A stretch of DNA of 64,000 bases. Origin: an uncultured delta proteobacterium. GTDB taxonomy: Bacteria > Desulfobacterota > Desulfuromonadia > Geobacterales > DSM-12255. Below, piece after piece: positions 54,843-64,000 of the stretch. The DNA is taken from contig CAWBBV010000007.1 of NCBI GenBank assembly GCA_963787125.1, positions 64,001 to 128,000 of the forward strand, given 5' to 3'. Within the stretch, counting starts at the first letter, position 1; every line of letters starts with the position of its first letter. The notes beneath the pieces are model-generated. The model had not been told where the DNA came from and made no database searches. It saw nothing but the letters and a program-made list of their open reading frames with translations. A program made the translations under genes and the position numbers.

Positions 54843-57791
54843 ATGGTATCCAGTACAACAAGGAAGATAATTTCGCTCGCCATCTCGCTGCTGCTCGTGG
54901 TTATTTCACTGACAGGCGTAGCGCTAGGAGCGACTGCACCGACTGTTACGCAGCTGTCGAGGTATACTCCCGGCTTTGCAGGTGCTCCCGGAAAGATGGC
55001 ACGTGACGCTGCCAACAACTTTTACGTCACTGATTTCTGGGGTAAAGGGATTGTCAAGCTGGACAGGTCGGGAGCCAAGGTTGGTTTCATTGCCACGGTT
55101 GGTCGTCCGTCAGCTGTCGCAGTGCTTCCGGACAACAGGCTGGTGGTGGCTATGACTGCACCGAAGGCTTATGTAGCTTTTTATTCACAACTCGGTTCGG
55201 CTCCGAATATTACAGGTGTAGAAGAGACTGCCCAAAATGGTGGTAAAACGTTTGGCACATCAACTACTCCTTATTACCGTCCGTCTGGTATCACAGTGGA
55301 TGCTGCTGGTTACATTTACGTAGTAGACGCCGGTGACAGCTCTGCGTCAACAACTGTCAATGTTGCCAAGGTAAGGGTTTACGATAGTCTCGGTGTCTTC
55401 AAGAGTGAATTCGGAACACGTACCGCCCCTGGTGGTGTATCGACCGTTAGCGGAGAATTTCAGCAGCCGCAGGGAATTGGTTATGACAAGATAAACAACC
55501 AGATTGTAGTTGCCGACACCATGAATTCAAGGCTTCAGTTTTTCAATGCTTACAGCCAGGGGCTGACCTATCTGTCCAGTATGGGGCTGGCAATCACTAA
55601 TGGGACAAGCGGAGCAGCGACGATTGATGCCGCCGCCCATTTCGGCGATCCTACTGATGTATCTTTTGAGTATAACGGCGCCAGTCTTTACCGGATGTAT
55701 GTGGCTGAGAGAAGTAGAAACGAAATAGCAGTTATTGATATGGAGACAGGTGCAACAAAGGGTTATGACCGTATGCGTATTAACGGGACAAATGTAGCCA
55801 CTGTCGGGCTTAAATACCCTTCAGGAGTTATTTTTGAAAAAACGGCTGCCGGCGGTGTATTGTATGCCAGCAGTGCCGCAACTACTTATCAAACGATTGC
55901 TCCCGTCACCATAACGCCAATCAATGCGAATGTGGCAGCCCTTGGTATTGGGGTTGGTGCGGGTGTCCCCGTACCTTCAATTGCTCTTGCAATCACCCCT
56001 GCAGTACCTCCGACAGTTTCATCGTCAGCGCTTACGGTTACCGGTACGGTTTCACCGGCTAACGCGGTTGCCTGTAGTGTAAACGGCGGCACCGATGTCG
56101 TTGCGACAGGCAGTTGGAGCGCAGCTCTCACACTGGTTTCGGGCAAAAACTACATCCTCTGTAAGAGTACGGATGCAAGCGGAGTCACTACCTTCGCCGA
56201 AGCCTACACTACAAACATTGCTACTCCAGTGCCAGGGCCTACGATTTTAATTACAACACCATCGGCATACACAAACAGCCCATCAATTACCGTAAGTGGC
56301 ACATCTGATACTGCTAATGCAAATGTTCAGCTGGTAAACAGCGCTAACGGTTTAACGGTCTCGACACTGACAGATGCAAGCAAAAAATGGAGTGTTGTTG
56401 TGACTCTTGCTGAAGCTAGCAATCTTATCACCGTTACTGCCTGGACAGCAGGTTCGACTGTGAGTAATCCGGCAACTGTTACGGTAACTGCTGACTTTAC
56501 CAATCCTGCTCTTGCTATCTCTTTCCTGAGTAACGGCAAAACAACTAACAGTGCTGTTCAAAATCTTGCCGGTATAGTTACCGAGGTGAATTTGAAGAGC
56601 ATCGAAGTTAATGGTGTTCCTCTTCTGGATGCTGCTCTGGTTAAATCGGGGAGCAAAACATATTTCTCCGTTCCGATTACCCTGATTCGTGGAACGAACG
56701 TTGTCAGTGTCAAGGCAACAGACCTGGCCGGTAATATTGGGACCGCGACTACAGGGTCGGTAACTCTGAACCCTGAGATCCCGGGCCTTGCAGTTGCCAT
56801 CCCTGCCGACAACTCCTATATGGCTCTACCCAGTTCATCTACCCCTGCGAACGGTTCAGTCGATCCAGTGTTCACCACAATTACTATCCCCGGGTCAGTA
56901 CTTACTCCGGCATCAGGTTTGTGGAGCGGCACATTCACAACTACCGCAGGCTTTAATACCTATGAGTTCAAGTCGTCAGGCGGTAGTACGGAAGTAGCAG
57001 TCAAGAGAACCATCGATGCCACGACCGGCAGTGCTCAGCTTGCTATAACTTCTCCAGCTGCCGATCTTGCAGTTAATATCCCTGCCATAACTATTTCAGG
57101 CTTTGTTGCGGCGAACAGTCCCACCGCTCCAACAATTTCATTAGATGAAAAAACTGCAGTAACAGTATCAACATACACGCAGGGCACAGGTGCTTTCAGT
57201 CATTCGTTTGTGCTTGGTGCCGGGCCGCATTATGTGAAGGTGATCGCCAGCAACGGTACAACTGCTGTGCGTAATATACTGTATGATGCATCGTTGCCTG
57301 AACTGACGCTGCAAGCTGACTCAAAGCTTGCGCCGACAACACTTTCCGGCGCGATCGGCCTTAGCGACAAGATTGTATCGATTACTGCGTCTCTTGGAAC
57401 ACCTGTGATTCCATTTACAATACCGATTAATAAGATGACCTTTGACCCATACGTGCAGAATTCAAGCTCAATAGTTTGGCATGCTAATCTGAACGGTTAC
57501 GCTTATGATACAATTACAGTCACTGTCGAAAGCCCTTCCGGTCAGCAAAAACCGCTTACTCGTGCTGCAGGGATTCCGACAGGTGATATCGATGGTGATG
57601 GTGTGGTAAGGCTTTCAGATGCACTTGCTGCCCTTAGGCATGTTGCCGGTACCGAGGTTCTCACAGGTCAACCTTTGTTCCGAGGGGATGTCGGCGTTCT
57701 GGTTGAAGGTCATGCTGGTCAGGACGGAGTTGTTGATATTTCAGATGCGGTTCTTATTCTTAATAAATCATACGGTCTGCTGACTTTCTAA
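54843..57791 (+). CDS. Large exported protein: NHL beta-propeller, Ig-like repeats, C-terminal dockerin-like domain
   Basis: Signal peptide; RPSGITVD, QPQGIGYD..IVVADT.NSRLQ NHL repeats; Thr/Val-rich Ig repeats; GDIDGDGVVRLSDAL...DGVVDISDAVLIL. Confidence 0.85.
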   Translation: MVSSTTRKIISLAISLLLVVISLTGVALGATAPTVTQLSRYTPGFAGAPGKMARDAANNFYVTDFWGKGIVKLDRSGAKVGFIATVGRPSAVAVLPDNRLVVAMTAPKAYVAFYSQLGSAPNITGVEETAQNGGKTFGTSTTPYYRPSGITVDAAGYIYVVDAGDSSASTTVNVAKVRVYDSLGVFKSEFGTRTAPGGVSTVSGEFQQPQGIGYDKINNQIVVADTMNSRLQFFNAYSQGLTYLSSMGLAITNGTSGAATIDAAAHFGDPTDVSFEYNGASLYRMYVAERSRNEIAVIDMETGATKGYDRMRINGTNVATVGLKYPSGVIFEKTAAGGVLYASSAATTYQTIAPVTITPINANVAALGIGVGAGVPVPSIALAITPAVPPTVSSSALTVTGTVSPANAVACSVNGGTDVVATGSWSAALTLVSGKNYILCKSTDASGVTTFAEAYTTNIATPVPGPTILITTPSAYTNSPSITVSGTSDTANANVQLVNSANGLTVSTLTDASKKWSVVVTLAEASNLITVTAWTAGSTVSNPATVTVTADFTNPALAISFLSNGKTTNSAVQNLAGIVTEVNLKSIEVNGVPLLDAALVKSGSKTYFSVPITLIRGTNVVSVKATDLAGNIGTATTGSVTLNPEIPGLAVAIPADNSYMALPSSSTPANGSVDPVFTTITIPGSVLTPASGLWSGTFTTTAGFNTYEFKSSGGSTEVAVKRTIDATTGSAQLAITSPAADLAVNIPAITISGFVAANSPTAPTISLDEKTAVTVSTYTQGTGAFSHSFVLGAGPHYVKVIASNGTTAVRNILYDASLPELTLQADSKLAPTTLSGAIGLSDKIVSITASLGTPVIPFTIPINKMTFDPYVQNSSSIVWHANLNGYAYDTITVTVESPSGQQKPLTRAAGIPTGDIDGDGVVRLSDALAALRHVAGTEVLTGQPLFRGDVGVLVEGHAGQDGVVDISDAVLILNKSYGLLTF

Positions 57792-57858
57792 TGTCAGAAT
57801 GCTTGCTTGGTACTAAAAACTTTAATCATTTTCTTATAAGCTGTGTTAGGAGTGTACT

Positions 57859-60800
57859 ATGAACAGGTCATTTATCGTAGCAGTACTAACGGTGACAATG
57901 ATTATCATGATGTCTGCTGCGGGGCATGCGATTACACAACCGCATAATTTTTACTGTGACAATTGCCACGGGAAAACTTTAGGCGGCGATGCTAAAGCAG
58001 CTTCTAACCGCTGTATAGCCTGTCATACTACAATGGGCGAAGCTTCCCGGATGCCGATTGAAGCTGGAGACATGTCTAACTACTTCGGCTCAGCTGTTGA
58101 TCAGCCTTCGTCCGGTTCACGAAGTACCCATACATGGGGGGCAACTGCTCCTTATAACCCAAGGGCTTTTGTTCAGGAACCAATTAATACCACTCTAAAC
58201 TCTGGTTATGGTGGTACCACTTTTGTTAACGGCATTTCATGTGCCAGGTGCCATAATGCCAAGGCAACTTTTAACAATTCACCCGGTGTCAATAAGCCGT
58301 TCCTGCGTGTAACGAATGTTAACGACGCAATGTGTCTTGATTGTCACAGGGCAAGACAGACTACTTCACACACCACTGGCTCCCACCCGGTAAATTATCG
58401 GTCATATTCTGCAGCTTATAAATCAAACACCACTGCTTTCAGAAGAACTCCACTAAGCGCTAATTCAAGAAACAAAACTGCAATGCTCGGTAGTTATCTC
58501 ACGACAAGTGGCAAAATAGTCTGTAGTACCTGCCATGCACCTCACTATGCCGACTCAAGCAGCGCAACCCTTGACAATAGAAGTACTGCTAACGGTTTTG
58601 CACAATATTCTGTTTCGACCGGGCTTAAAAACCAGTTTCAGAATTCAAAGGGTCAGCTCTTAAGAACAGATCCACTCGGTGCATCTGCTGCATCTATAAA
58701 CGTTTGTTCAAGTTGCCACAAAGAGACAAAGAACATAAACCATAATGGCAAGGGGCAGAATGTTCAGTGCGATCACTGCCATGGCGCTCACGTCGACTAC
58801 ACTGGTGACACAAGTCTTCCAAACCTTTATCTTGTGAGAAGGGATTTCTCAAATATTTCCATATCAACAGGTAAATTGGCTGCTGGTAAAAAAGCTATTT
58901 ACAATACTGCCACATCGCTCAGTTTCAAAAGAGCCGATGGTAATGGTATCTGTCAGGTATGCCATGCTCCCCCAGCAGGTGGTGTTCATGAGCAGGTTGT
59001 TACCAGAAAAGCTGATTGTATGGAATGCCATAAGCACTCAAATGGCTTCTCGGCAGCTAGCTGTACATCTTGCCATGGTCAGCCTCCTATGACTAGTTAT
59101 ATTGGCGGGCCTAATGGCAAAGCGTCACAGTCCTATGGTCTTGATGAAAGTTTAACTCCGCACTCTACCCATGCTGATCCGGCTTATTATCACTTTGCAT
59201 GTAAGAACTGCCATTATGACGGCACATTGGCCGGCAGCCACAATACCCTGCAGTCTACAGGTACTGCGACCTTCCAGAGTGTGTTTATTAACACTACCGG
59301 TTCAATCGGTTCCCATGCCGGCTTCAAAAACGTTCCGGCTAACTACGATGCCACCAGCAGAACATGCTCTAGTGTCTATTGTCACAGTAATGGTAATCCC
59401 CGTAACGGAACAATCGCTTGGAAATCGTCTACACCTTCTTGGGAGTACGGTAAAAACAAGATCCTCGGACAGGCAACAGAGTGCACAACATGTCATGATA
59501 GCGGTCCTACTCTTAATACCAATGCTCACTATAAGCACGTAACGACAAATAAATTTGGTTGCAATGTCTGCCACGCTGCGACTGTCAATAGTGCGGGCGC
59601 AATTTCAGACCGTACAAAGCATTCAAATGGCGAAAAGGATATTTCCTTCATTACTCGGCCACCCAACTACCAGAGCGTTTTCTCTGCAACATTTAACCCC
59701 GCAGTTGGTGCAGCTACTTGCGTCAACTCTTGCCACACAAATGGTTTTGGCGTAAGTCCGACTACACCCGCCAAGTGGACTGATGCATCTACCGGAGCAT
59801 GTGGTACTTGCCACGCTTCTGTCCCCGTAACAAACCTTCACAGCTTCCATTTTTATAGTTCGATTGGCCCTAAACTTGGGACAAGCTCAACAATATGCTC
59901 AAATTGCCACTCTTACAGTCCTGGCGCCACTACTCATGCGAACGGGGTAGTTGACCTTAAATCACCAACTGCTCCGTGTGCTCCTTGTCACCCTGGGACT
60001 ACACCAAGTTTTACAGTTGGCTCTAAGGTAACGTGCGAGTCCTGCCATACTGGGACGGCTTCTATAGTCGGAGCTGCTACTGCTCCGCTGAAAGACTTAA
60101 ACAAAACTGTCGGTCACGGCAAGTATTCTTCTGCTCAGTTTTCCGGAAAATATGTAACCTGTACAACATGTCATAACGCTTCTGCTCCGCATATCGGCGC
60201 TGGCACAGCTGAAAAGCGCCTGCTGATTGCCGGTAACGGACTGTGCAACAGTTGCCACACTACTGCAGCCGGTAAAATTGTGAATACTGCAAGGCTTGAC
60301 TTGCCAGCGCATAGCGGTTTCAGTCACTACACTACAACCGCTGATGGGCGTGCAAGTGACTGCGCAGGCTGTCACGATACTCATGGTACGACAAATCTAT
60401 TCAGCATCAGAACAGTCATTAACGGTAAGCCGGTTGTTCATAGTGCTGCATCGCCTATTTTCTTCGAGTCGACACCTGATGCTAACGGCAGATACAACGG
60501 CCTTTGTCAGGTCTGCCACACTAAAACTAAATATTTCAGAAATGATGCTCCTATTCCACTACCAACTTCTCATTCAAATTCGCATAACTGTCTGGGTTGC
60601 CACAAGCACAATGGTTTGAATGTCACATTTGCTTTCCAACCTAATGGCAGCTGCGACACTTGTCACGGTTATCCGCCGGTAAGAAATATGGCTGGTCTAG
60701 GGACTCTTGGTAACTATACTAATGCTAAGTTCCAGGATTATTCAGGTGGTGGCGGTGCTCATAGCGTAGTTGGCCACATTCCGAAGACGATCAACAAGTC

Positions 60801-61011
60801 CGGTCTCTCGGCGAACTGTACTAACTGCCACAATGACTTCAACAATAGTCACAATCAGGGTAGTACACCGGTCAAGAAGAGCTTCGTTAACGTAGTAGTT
60901 AACCCGAAATTCAAGTTCAATAATGCGACTTCGATTACTTACAACGCAAATTCCTGTTCTAACGTAAGTTGTCACTTCAAACCGTCACCTAACTGGACTA
61001 CCGGCCTCTAA
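57859..61011 (+). CDS. Large extracellular multiheme c-type cytochrome (27 motifs: 24 CxxCH, 1 CxxxCH, 2 CxxxxCH)
   Basis: Signal peptide; heme motifs counted manually in the translation. Confidence 0.95.
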   Translation: MNRSFIVAVLTVTMIIMMSAAGHAITQPHNFYCDNCHGKTLGGDAKAASNRCIACHTTMGEASRMPIEAGDMSNYFGSAVDQPSSGSRSTHTWGATAPYNPRAFVQEPINTTLNSGYGGTTFVNGISCARCHNAKATFNNSPGVNKPFLRVTNVNDAMCLDCHRARQTTSHTTGSHPVNYRSYSAAYKSNTTAFRRTPLSANSRNKTAMLGSYLTTSGKIVCSTCHAPHYADSSSATLDNRSTANGFAQYSVSTGLKNQFQNSKGQLLRTDPLGASAASINVCSSCHKETKNINHNGKGQNVQCDHCHGAHVDYTGDTSLPNLYLVRRDFSNISISTGKLAAGKKAIYNTATSLSFKRADGNGICQVCHAPPAGGVHEQVVTRKADCMECHKHSNGFSAASCTSCHGQPPMTSYIGGPNGKASQSYGLDESLTPHSTHADPAYYHFACKNCHYDGTLAGSHNTLQSTGTATFQSVFINTTGSIGSHAGFKNVPANYDATSRTCSSVYCHSNGNPRNGTIAWKSSTPSWEYGKNKILGQATECTTCHDSGPTLNTNAHYKHVTTNKFGCNVCHAATVNSAGAISDRTKHSNGEKDISFITRPPNYQSVFSATFNPAVGAATCVNSCHTNGFGVSPTTPAKWTDASTGACGTCHASVPVTNLHSFHFYSSIGPKLGTSSTICSNCHSYSPGATTHANGVVDLKSPTAPCAPCHPGTTPSFTVGSKVTCESCHTGTASIVGAATAPLKDLNKTVGHGKYSSAQFSGKYVTCTTCHNASAPHIGAGTAEKRLLIAGNGLCNSCHTTAAGKIVNTARLDLPAHSGFSHYTTTADGRASDCAGCHDTHGTTNLFSIRTVINGKPVVHSAASPIFFESTPDANGRYNGLCQVCHTKTKYFRNDAPIPLPTSHSNSHNCLGCHKHNGLNVTFAFQPNGSCDTCHGYPPVRNMAGLGTLGNYTNAKFQDYSGGGGAHSVVGHIPKTINKSGLSANCTNCHNDFNNSHNQGSTPVKKSFVNVVVNPKFKFNNATSITYNANSCSNVSCHFKPSPNWTTGL

Positions 61012-61019
61012 TTGACTCT

Positions 61020-61051
61020 GCAGGTGGCTTCCCTGGAAGCCACCTGCTTTT
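61020..61051 (+). terminator. Intrinsic terminator-like hairpin between the two cytochrome genes
   Basis: GCAGGTGGCTTCC / GGAAGCCACCTGC followed by TTTT. Confidence 0.7.
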
Positions 61052-61096
61052 AACTAGTAAAAGAACTGTTTCAGTTTTTAGATAAGGAGTTGACTA

Positions 61097-63121
61097 ATGA
61101 GAAATATTCACGGAGCGGGACACTTCAAATACAGGTTTCTGATACTGTTGCTTTCACTGTTTTCGTTAGTGGTGACGGCGGGAGAGTCGGTAGCAGCGAC
61201 AACCTGTTCTACTTGCCATGGAATGCCGCCACTGGACAGTGGAACTGGTGTACGTACCCCGTCAACAGGGGCTTTTAAAGGTAGCCACCAGGTTCACGTG
61301 AGCCAGCCAGCAGTCGCATCTGACTGTGTTGTCTGTCATAGTGCCGCTGCCGGTTATGATACGAAGCACACTGCAACCTCCGGCAATGTAATCGGTCTCT
61401 CTGCCAGTATCAACGGCGGCACCTACAGCAAAGGAACATTCTTTAATCAGACATCAGTGCCGACAATGGGCAACTGTTCAAATGTACTCTGTCATAGTAA
61501 TGTTTATGGTCCTGGTGGTGGTACTTCTCCGTTTTGGGGGTCAACCGGCAACGGTTGTTCGACCTGCCACACCATCGCAATCGATACTACCGGTCCAGCT
61601 ACAGGTAGCCATGCTAAACATAATATTACTGACTGTACCAAGTGTCATGCTGCCGGTACATCTGCAACTACCAAACCAAGCACTGGTCATCTTGATGGCA
61701 CAATAACAGTAGGCAATGGTTACCCTGTGACCGCTAAGCACACTGCCGGGACTTATACTGGCACATGCTCAACTGCTGTCTGTCATGATAATGGCCGCGG
61801 TGTGTTAGTTCAGACCCCGATCTGGGGGACAACTGTCCCAGCATGTTCTGCCTGCCACGAAGCTGTACCGACAACATTTTCTCACACTAAGCACTTATCT
61901 GGTCTCAGTGCAAAGTTTAATCGTAATGCTGTCTGTGCAGACTGCCATAAAGGTTATGTGCAGGGGACAACTGCAACTGCTGATCACCTTGATGGCAATG
62001 TGGATGTATACTATGCTACACCTGGTGACCTTGGTTACTCTGCAAACAAGGTAAAAGGTTCTGCTCTTGAATCATGTTCCACTGCGTACTGCCACAGTAA
62101 CGGTAAGTCAACTTTTGCTTCACCACTTTGGGGCGCAACATCAGCTGGTTGTGATTTCTGCCATCCAAACCTTTCTGCCGGTCATAATGCACATGTAAGT
62201 ACTCTTCTTTCTGAAGTTACTTTCTATGGCTATACCAGTACTAAATCTGCAGGTACCAGCTATAAATTTGGCTGTTCGATATGCCACCCACTGTCAATAT
62301 CAAATCACATGAATGGTACTATTGATATTGATTTAGCCGCATCTTCTGCCGGTGGACATCTTAAAGCTAATAATGGCGCCGGTGCCGGTATCGATGGGTT
62401 GAAACAGTGCAACAATGTTTACTGTCACTCAAATGGATACAAACCAGGCGCAGCATTTACATATGCAACTACGCCAGTGTGGGGCACCACCTTTACTGGT
62501 GACCGCTGTGCCGCCTGTCACGGTAATTCTCCAAACAGCTCAATTGTCGGGTCTTCAGCTCACTCTGCTCACGTAGTCGGTATCCATTATGATGATATCT
62601 TCAATGGCGTCAGTAGAAAACTTCCTATAGGCGGTGCATCTTCAGTCAATGCCGCCCACGGTAGTAATAGCCGTTCAACAACGATTAACTGCAACATCTG
62701 TCATGCTGCAACCGTATCTACTTTTGCCAACGACTCGAATCCGGCTTGTAGTGGTTGTCATAATGGTACAACAGCGCCACTTAAGAACCCGGCATCACTT
62801 ATTGCTGATACTTCCAAGCATGTTAACGGTACTGTTGATATAGCGTTCGTAAATCAGAAGATAGCTACTAAAGCCCAGTTGGTCGGCGAAGCTTTTAATG
62901 GTTATACAGCTGCTACTTCCGGTGGTTGGGCACGAAACAGCAATAGTATGAAGTTCAAAACTTATACAAGCAGCTACGATGTTACAAAGTCGACCCTTTT
63001 CGCAACCGCAACACCTTATACCACCTCTGCCGGGTGTCTGAACATTGCCTGTCATGCCAGCATACCTGTCAAGTGGACAGATGCTGTAACCTGCACAAGC
63101 TGTCACACACGACTAAAATAA
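61097..63121 (+). CDS. Multiheme c-type cytochrome (17 motifs: 12 CxxCH, 5 CxxxxCH)
   Basis: Signal peptide; repeated CxxCH-CxxCH-CxxxxCH modules; AAGGAG RBS. Confidence 0.95.
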   Translation: MRNIHGAGHFKYRFLILLLSLFSLVVTAGESVAATTCSTCHGMPPLDSGTGVRTPSTGAFKGSHQVHVSQPAVASDCVVCHSAAAGYDTKHTATSGNVIGLSASINGGTYSKGTFFNQTSVPTMGNCSNVLCHSNVYGPGGGTSPFWGSTGNGCSTCHTIAIDTTGPATGSHAKHNITDCTKCHAAGTSATTKPSTGHLDGTITVGNGYPVTAKHTAGTYTGTCSTAVCHDNGRGVLVQTPIWGTTVPACSACHEAVPTTFSHTKHLSGLSAKFNRNAVCADCHKGYVQGTTATADHLDGNVDVYYATPGDLGYSANKVKGSALESCSTAYCHSNGKSTFASPLWGATSAGCDFCHPNLSAGHNAHVSTLLSEVTFYGYTSTKSAGTSYKFGCSICHPLSISNHMNGTIDIDLAASSAGGHLKANNGAGAGIDGLKQCNNVYCHSNGYKPGAAFTYATTPVWGTTFTGDRCAACHGNSPNSSIVGSSAHSAHVVGIHYDDIFNGVSRKLPIGGASSVNAAHGSNSRSTTINCNICHAATVSTFANDSNPACSGCHNGTTAPLKNPASLIADTSKHVNGTVDIAFVNQKIATKAQLVGEAFNGYTAATSGGWARNSNSMKFKTYTSSYDVTKSTLFATATPYTTSAGCLNIACHASIPVKWTDAVTCTSCHTRLK

Positions 63122-63138
63122 GCTTCTTTTAAAGGATT

Positions 63139-63176
63139 AAAATAAAAGAGCCGCTGAAAAGCGGCTCTTTTATTTT
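63139..63176. terminator. Bidirectional intrinsic terminator
   Basis: AAAATAAAAGAGCCGC / GCGGCTCTTTTATTTT perfect inverted repeat between convergent genes. Confidence 0.92.
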
Positions 63177-63194
63177 ATATACCGGTCCTATTTT

Positions 63195-64000
63195 TCAGAC
63201 AGACCAGAATCTCTTTTGAAGTTCATCTAGAAGCGGTGACAGGCTTTTTCGGTCGATAGCTGAGATGAAGAATGCTCCAAGATATTTCGAAAAATACTTG
63301 GTTTTCATAAATGCCAGGGGATCGTCAAGTTTCATGCTGTCCAGCTTGTCTGCTTTATTGAAAATAAGGAGGCACTCTTTTTGGTCCAATTCCAAGTCTG
63401 AAAGTATATCTTCCACGTTTTTAATATGATCCATGAATCTTGGGTTTGTGCAGTCTACAACATGAAGAAGCAGGTCGGCATCGTTGAGTTCTTCCAGTGT
63501 TGCTCTGAATGACCCGAGTAAAGACTTTGGGAGAGAGCGAATAAAACCAACGGTGTCCGTGATGATAACTTCTCTTTCCTGCGGAAATCTCAGACGTCTT
63601 GTTGATGTGTCCAATGTTGCAAAAAGCAGGTTTTCAGTGAAAGTATCACTTTGGGTTAAAGAGTTAAGTAAAGTTGATTTGCCGGCATTAGTATATCCGA
63701 CAATAGAAATAATGGGTAAGCCGGATTTGACCCTTTTTTGTCTTCGCTGAAATCGGTTGTCTGAAAACTCAGAAAGGAGTCGTTCCAGTTTTGATATTCT
63801 GTCCCTGATCCGTCTCCTGTCGACCTCAAGCTTTGTTTCCCCAGGACCTCTACCGCCGATACCTCCCATTAGGCGGGACATTTGAATGCCTTGGCCTGAC
63901 AGGCGGGGAAAAAGGTATTTTAGTTGTGCAAGTTCAACCTGCACCTTTCCGTCAAGGCTTTTGGCTCTTCTGGCAAAAATATCAAGAATCAGTTGAGTTC
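63195..64000 (-). CDS. hflX: GTPase HflX, C-terminal part (start outside window)
   Basis: QVELAQLKY..PRL, GPGETKLEVDRRRI, GYTNAGKST, LFATLD, DTVGFI, NKAD. Confidence 0.96.
   Translation of the reverse strand, partial: TQLILDIFARRAKSLDGKVQVELAQLKYLFPRLSGQGIQMSRLMGGIGGRGPGETKLEVDRRRIRDRISKLERLLSEFSDNRFQRRQKRVKSGLPIISIVGYTNAGKSTLLNSLTQSDTFTENLLFATLDTSTRRLRFPQEREVIITDTVGFIRSLPKSLLGSFRATLEELNDADLLLHVVDCTNPRFMDHIKNVEDILSDLELDQKECLLIFNKADKLDSMKLDDPLAFMKTKYFSKYLGAFFISAIDRKSLSPLLDELQKRFWSV

Overview
A 64 kb chromosomal window from a Geobacteraceae-like deltaproteobacterium, judged from the futalosine menaquinone genes, type II secretion (T2SS) operon and very large CxxCH/CxxxxCH multiheme cytochromes. 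Gene order: lon (partial) and hsp20; a TPR protein; an acyl-CoA ligase; a ~14 kb integrase-less defence island (5.6-19.5 kb); mqnD/mqnB; gspC-N, interrupted between gspF and gspG by five accessory genes; a DEAD-box helicase; tRNA-Glu; housekeeping genes (aroE, aroK, elbB, murI, metH-like, split transketolase); a heme-motif sensor kinase and sigma54 regulator followed by a sigma54 promoter, an NHL/Ig/dockerin-like surface protein and two multiheme cytochromes (27 and 17 motifs by manual count); and hflX (partial). The strongest candidate for an undescribed system is the defence island. A WYL regulator is paired with two identically built sites (CGAC-N7-GTCG, 11 bp, then a -10 hexamer) at opposite ends of the island. 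One points into a putative HhH-GPD DNA glycosylase gene. The other points into an operon of acidic protein, ankyrin protein, hsdR, toxin-antitoxin (TA) pair, hsdM, TA pair, hsdS, ImmA/PIN pair and an unknown protein. A 189-bp duplicate of the hsdS 3' end flanks the ImmA/PIN pair; recombination between the copies would excise the pair and fuse HsdS in frame to the unknown protein. All family calls come from reading motifs by eye; no database search was run.
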